36,585 nucleotides of DNA from a virus: the UHGV virus genome UHGV-1373817; one strand, written 5' to 3'. The notes under the pieces are model-generated. The model saw nothing but the letters and a program-made list of their open reading frames with translations. It was not told the origin of the DNA and did not search any database. The first letter of the stretch is position 1. Each line of letters starts with the position of its first letter. Of the stretch, positions 32,241 through 36,585 are shown piece by piece. Position numbers and translations under genes: made by a program.

Positions 32241-33531
32241 ACAGACGGCCTTGATCAAGTTTAAGCCATTTAGCCTTAAACAGAAAATACTTCTTGAATG
32301 GTGGCTAGATGATTCTCCATACAGTGATAAGGATGGAATCATAGCAGATGGCTCCATACGAAGCGGAAAGACGGTTATAATGTCTCTTTCTTTCGTTATA
32401 TGGGCAATGGAAAGCTTTGATAATGAAAACTTCGCCATGTGTGGAAAGACTATTCAGTCGCTTCGCAGAAACGTTATAAAGCATCTTATCAAAATGTTAT
32501 TAATGCGTGGATACGCTGTTACAGAGCACAGAAGTGAAAATTATATGACCGTATCAAAAGGTGATGTAGTAAATGACTTCTATCTGTTTGGTGGCAAGGA
32601 TGAATCTAGTCAGGATTTAATACAGGGACTTACGCTTGCGGGGGTATATTTTGACGAAGTTGCGCTGATGCCTGAATCATTTGTTAATCAGGCGACAGCC
32701 CGCTGCTCCGTTGAAGGTTCAAAGCTGTGGTTTAACTGCAATCCTTCGTCTCCTGCACATTGGTTCAAGGTTAAATGGATTGACAAAATAACAGAGAAAA
32801 ACCTTATCAGAGTACATTTCTTAATGGACGACAATCCAAGCTTATCTAAGAGGATTATAGAGCGATATAAGGCGAACTATGTTGGAGTATTCTATGACAG
32901 ATTCATTCTAGGGCTGTGGGTCATGGCAGAAGGAATGATATATCCAATGTACCAGGATGCACTTGTGGATTTACTACCGGAAGGACAGGCATCAGATTAT
33001 GTTATATCCATTGACTACGGCACGATGAATGCCTTTGCCGCGATTCTGTGGGGAAAGCATGGAGACATATGGTATGCAGAAAGAGAATACTATTATTCCG
33101 GTCGTGATCTAGGAGTTCAGAAAACAGACCAACAATATGCAGATGATTTAAGAGAATGGATTTCGGATGTCTGGGCTAACATACAGGGAAGGAATCTATA
33201 TGGTATTTCTCGAAAGATTATGACCATCATAGACCCGTCCGCTGCATCATTTATTGCATTATTAAAAAAAGAATCATGGTGCAAGGTGAGAAAAGGAGAC
33301 AATGCAGTTATTGATGGAATAAGAGAAACGGCGGTGGCGCTGCAGACAGGCAAGGTTAAGGTTCTTAAATCACTCGATAATTGGAAGAAAGAAGCAGGCG
33401 GCTACGTTTGGGATAACAACAACGGTGAAGAAAGGCCTATTAAGATAGCAGACCATCTAATGGACTCAACTAGATACTTTGTAAAAACAATGAGGGTAGC
33501 TGCGAAGAACAGACAGTACTCTCCAGAATAA
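32209..33531 (+). CDS. terL: Terminase large subunit
   Basis: Walker A DGSIRSGKT, then an ATPase and nuclease-fold domain. 440 aa. The start is probably the TTG at ~32230 after AGGTGA. Confidence 0.85.
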   Translation: MKRQVIRLRRKQTALIKFKPFSLKQKILLEWWLDDSPYSDKDGIIADGSIRSGKTVIMSLSFVIWAMESFDNENFAMCGKTIQSLRRNVIKHLIKMLLMRGYAVTEHRSENYMTVSKGDVVNDFYLFGGKDESSQDLIQGLTLAGVYFDEVALMPESFVNQATARCSVEGSKLWFNCNPSSPAHWFKVKWIDKITEKNLIRVHFLMDDNPSLSKRIIERYKANYVGVFYDRFILGLWVMAEGMIYPMYQDALVDLLPEGQASDYVISIDYGTMNAFAAILWGKHGDIWYAEREYYYSGRDLGVQKTDQQYADDLREWISDVWANIQGRNLYGISRKIMTIIDPSAASFIALLKKESWCKVRKGDNAVIDGIRETAVALQTGKVKVLKSLDNWKKEAGGYVWDNNNGEERPIKIADHLMDSTRYFVKTMRVAAKNRQYSPE

Positions 33532-33545
33532 AAAGGAGAAGAAAC

Positions 33546-34940
33546 ATGTACACATATCAAGATTTTTTAGAGCTACCAGATAACGAGAGCACAAGGATGC
33601 AGTTCGTTAAAAGCTGTATAGCTCAGCACAAGGATTCACAGCTGTATAAAACAGCAAAGATTGCAGATGAGTACAACAGACATCAGAACAGAACGATTAA
33701 GAGTTATCAGAAGCTTCTTTATGACGTATCTGGAAGAGCATTTCCGGATAATTACACAGCAAATTATAAGATGGCTTCTAAGTTCTTCAATCGTTTTATA
33801 ACGCAGGAGAATCAGTATCTGCTTGGCAACGGAGTCACATGGCAGGAAGATGCAACAAAGCAAAAACTTGGCGATGATTTCGACACAGAACTGCAGAAGC
33901 TTGGACAGATGGCTCTCTCAGGGGCTGTCTCATTCGGATTTTGGGATTTTGACCATATGACAGCATTCTCAGTTCTTGAATTTGCGCCTTTGTACGATGA
34001 GGGAAATGGCGCATTAATGGCAGGTGTAAGATTTTGGCAGATAGACGTAAATAAGCCTCTTAGGGCAACTTTTTACGAGGTGGATGGATATACAGATTAT
34101 ATCTGGAATACAAGAGAAGATACGGAAGGCAGAATACTCCACGAGAAAAGGCCTTACATCCAGAAGGTTAAATATACTCCTGCTGATGGCTATGAGGTAT
34201 ATGACGGAGAGAATTATCCGTCTTTCCCTATTGTTCCACTGTGGGGAAATCCTCAGAAACAGAGCGAGCTTGTAGGGTTACAGGAACAGATTGACTGCTA
34301 TGACTTGATAAAGTCAGGCTACGCAAACAATGTCGATGAGGGCTCACTTATTTATTGGACTCTTAATAACGCGGGCGGAATGGATGATGTAGACCTTGCT
34401 CAGTTCGTCAAAAAGATGAGGACACTCCATGCAGCGGTAACAGATGACGGAGTACAGGCAGAGAGCCATAACCTTGAAGCTCCTTATCAGTCAAGGGAAG
34501 CACTTTTAGAAAAGCTCAGGACAGATCTCTACGATGATGCGATGGCTCTCGACACTAAGAATATAGCAAACGGTGCTGTTACAGCTACGCAGATCAAGGC
34601 GGCTTATGAGCCTCTTAATTCAAAGACAGACCAGTATGAGTATTGCGTGAGGGAATTTATAAAAGGCATCCTTGGAATAGCAGGAATAGACGACACTCCT
34701 TCGTTCACAAGGTCAATGATCGTGAATAACCAAGAAGAGGTGCAGTTAGTTATACAGTCCGCTGCATATCTTGATGAAGAATATGTCACAAGAAAGATAT
34801 TAACACTCTTAGGTGATGGCGATATGGCTGATGAGGTTCTCCGTAGGCGCGATTTTGACGAGATAAAAGGCTATAGCGCAGAAATAGACGATGAAGAAGA
34901 AAAAACGCCTACAGAGGGCACAGAAGAGGTTGAGGAGTGA
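33546..34940 (+). CDS. Portal protein
   Basis: 464 aa directly after terL with an acidic C-terminal tail. RBS AAAAGGAGAAG. Confidence 0.8.
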   Translation: MYTYQDFLELPDNESTRMQFVKSCIAQHKDSQLYKTAKIADEYNRHQNRTIKSYQKLLYDVSGRAFPDNYTANYKMASKFFNRFITQENQYLLGNGVTWQEDATKQKLGDDFDTELQKLGQMALSGAVSFGFWDFDHMTAFSVLEFAPLYDEGNGALMAGVRFWQIDVNKPLRATFYEVDGYTDYIWNTREDTEGRILHEKRPYIQKVKYTPADGYEVYDGENYPSFPIVPLWGNPQKQSELVGLQEQIDCYDLIKSGYANNVDEGSLIYWTLNNAGGMDDVDLAQFVKKMRTLHAAVTDDGVQAESHNLEAPYQSREALLEKLRTDLYDDAMALDTKNIANGAVTATQIKAAYEPLNSKTDQYEYCVREFIKGILGIAGIDDTPSFTRSMIVNNQEEVQLVIQSAAYLDEEYVTRKILTLLGDGDMADEVLRRRDFDEIKGYSAEIDDEEEKTPTEGTEEVEE

Positions 34941-34945
34941 TATAA

Positions 34946-36585
34946 ATGTCAAAGGATGCAGGGCATGATGAAACAGAAAAGGTTCTGAAGGAAATTGAAA
35001 AGAGAATATCACGAGAATATAAGCAAGCTGAGAAAGAGGTAGCCGCCAAGTTAGACGGCTACCTTAAAAAGTTTGAAACGAAGGATAAGACATGGCAGAA
35101 GTGGGTAGCTGATGGAACGAAGACTCAAAAAGAATATGATCAGTGGAGAGTTGGACAGATTTGCATGGGACAGAGATGGGATGAGCAGAGAAAGACATTA
35201 GCTCAAGACTTCGCCAAATCATCTCAGATAGCAAAAAATATAACAGCAAGCAAAATGCCGGATGTTTACGCTATTAATCACAACTATGCAACATTCCAGA
35301 TTGAGCAGGCGTCAATGATAAATACATCATATACGTTATATGATCATAAAACAGTGGAAAGACTCGCAAAAGGCGACGATAAGATTATCCCTGTACCAGG
35401 GAAGAAGATATCCCGATTGATTGACGAAGGCAAGGCGGTCAGATGGAATGAAAGACAGATTCAGTCTGTAATGATGCAGTCACTCCTTCAGGGTGAATCT
35501 ATTCCGGATATAGCATCAAGGCTTGCTTTTTCGGTGGGTGATTCAGACAGGAAAGCATCTATCCGTAATGCGAGAACACTTACTACAGGGGTGCAGAATG
35601 CAGGAAGAGTGGATTCCTACGAAAGAGCCAATGAAATGGGCATTCAAACTGCAAAACAGTGGATTGCTGCACTGGATGATAGAACAAGACATTGGCATGC
35701 AGAACTGGATGGAGAAATAGTTGAGAATGACGAGCCTTTTGAAAATGAATACGGAAAGATAATGTATCCAGGAGACCCGTTAGCAGACCCTGCGAATATA
35801 TATAACTGCAGATGCACACTTGTAGCCGCGATTAAAGGCTTTGACAAGGACTTATCTGATAGATACGATGAAAAGCTTGGAAAGATGTCTTATTCACAGT
35901 GGAAGGCCTCTAAGAAATCGAGTTCTGAGGACATAGAGAAACAAGAAAAGTATTCTGCAAAGATTAAGAGTAAATATATTGAAGAATATTCAGGAGGATA
36001 TAAAGGAGTAGACATAGAAAGTTCAAACAATTATGATAAAAATATAGAAAAGAGAGGCCAAATAGACACTGGATACAAAGGAAGAATATCTGATGCAGAT
36101 AAAGACAAGTATAACGAACAAGCGCTGAACCAGATTATAAAAGATACAGGATATTCAAAAGAAGAAGCAAAGAATTTTCAAGATGCGCTAATCCAATATT
36201 TTGGCGGGGATTATCAGACTATTGAAACGGATGCAAACTCTGCGATAACAAAAACGATTATATCTGGATTAGACAAACTTCCTGCGTATGACGGAACTAT
36301 AACAAGAGGAATACTTCTTTCAAATGACGATGTAAAGAAATTTACAAGTCTGAAACCGGGAGATGCATTACCAACAAAAGGCGTTTTGGAAAGTTGGACT
36401 AGCAATGAGAATTGTGCAAAGTCGTATGCAAGTATTGGAAAATCTGTAGACAGAAGTTCAGTTATATTTGAGTGCCGAGACAATACAAAGGGAAAAGGCG
36501 TTCAACATATATCAATGTTTAATGATGTGGAAGCCGAAGTCACTGTAGCGAATCCTAACTATGAAGTTGTAGAAGTTATAACTGA
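34946..36585 (+). CDS. Minor head / head-morphogenesis protein (Mu gpF or SPP1 gp7 family) fused to a C-terminal ADP-ribosyltransferase-like domain; runs off the window end
   Basis: Mu-F signature RNARTLTTGVQNAGR...RTRHWHAELDG...NCRC. C-terminal YFGGDYQTI, TITRG, SWTS and EAEVTV fit the R-S-E ART motifs. Confidence 0.75.
   Translation, partial: MSKDAGHDETEKVLKEIEKRISREYKQAEKEVAAKLDGYLKKFETKDKTWQKWVADGTKTQKEYDQWRVGQICMGQRWDEQRKTLAQDFAKSSQIAKNITASKMPDVYAINHNYATFQIEQASMINTSYTLYDHKTVERLAKGDDKIIPVPGKKISRLIDEGKAVRWNERQIQSVMMQSLLQGESIPDIASRLAFSVGDSDRKASIRNARTLTTGVQNAGRVDSYERANEMGIQTAKQWIAALDDRTRHWHAELDGEIVENDEPFENEYGKIMYPGDPLADPANIYNCRCTLVAAIKGFDKDLSDRYDEKLGKMSYSQWKASKKSSSEDIEKQEKYSAKIKSKYIEEYSGGYKGVDIESSNNYDKNIEKRGQIDTGYKGRISDADKDKYNEQALNQIIKDTGYSKEEAKNFQDALIQYFGGDYQTIETDANSAITKTIISGLDKLPAYDGTITRGILLSNDDVKKFTSLKPGDALPTKGVLESWTSNENCAKSYASIGKSVDRSSVIFECRDNTKGKGVQHISMFNDVEAEVTVANPNYEVVEVIT

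Larger units (their letters stand above)
1..36585. mobile_element. Temperate siphovirus-like phage genome, apparently complete and linearised inside a head gene
   Basis: Canonical order terS-terL-portal-minor head | head/tail | lysis | cargo | attP-int-repressor | early/replication. attP and the integrase are internal. The odd window length fits a whole record. Confidence 0.7.

Overview
The window reads as an essentially complete ~36.6 kb temperate siphovirus-like phage genome from a low-GC Gram-positive host, probably Clostridia-like. Evidence for the host is strong AGGAGG Shine-Dalgarno sites, a GH25-CW_7-SH3b endolysin and a BclA-like cargo protein. The record is linearised inside a head-morphogenesis gene. 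Gene order is as follows. (1) A + strand head/tail structural operon at 0.1-12.5 kb: HK97-gp10-like, scaffold, major capsid with a -1 frameshifted Ig-like extension, connector proteins, major tail protein with a BIG2 domain, G/GT frameshifted chaperone, a W-repeat tape measure, tail tip and paralogous fibre modules. (2) A lysis cassette at 12.6-14.1 kb: XhlA-like protein, holin, GH25 endolysin. (3) A ~3.5 kb post-lysis cargo island at 14.1-17.6 kb. (4) attP at 17.65-17.9 kb, carrying a tRNA 3' fragment and five TGTTACCAA integrase arm repeats. (5) A minus-strand lysogeny module at 18.0-20.3 kb: integrase, HTH/coiled-coil protein, cI-like repressor. (6) Divergent promoters with three 17-bp inverted-repeat operators. 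(7) + strand early/replication genes: Cro-like, 3D-domain membrane protein, DUF1351, Erf, HNH, RusA, SSB, replisome organiser. (8) A DNA-modification-like module in which two PAPS-reductase-like genes flank a C5 cytosine methyltransferase. (9) Small and large terminase, portal, and a Mu-F/SPP1-gp7-like minor head protein. The C-terminus of that minor head protein looks like an ADP-ribosyltransferase and runs off the 3' end of the window. Its frame is open across the 5' end, which is consistent with a circular or permuted molecule. Other notable items are an in-frame amber codon in DUF1351 and a -1 frameshift at a G6 tract in a PAPS-reductase-like gene. The cargo island encodes a BclA-C-terminal-domain-like (C1q/TNF-like) protein plus low-complexity proteins sharing an ACCC[DE] motif. 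No rRNA, complete tRNA, CRISPR array or transposase was seen. All coordinates are hand-derived from the sequence, and gene starts are approximate.
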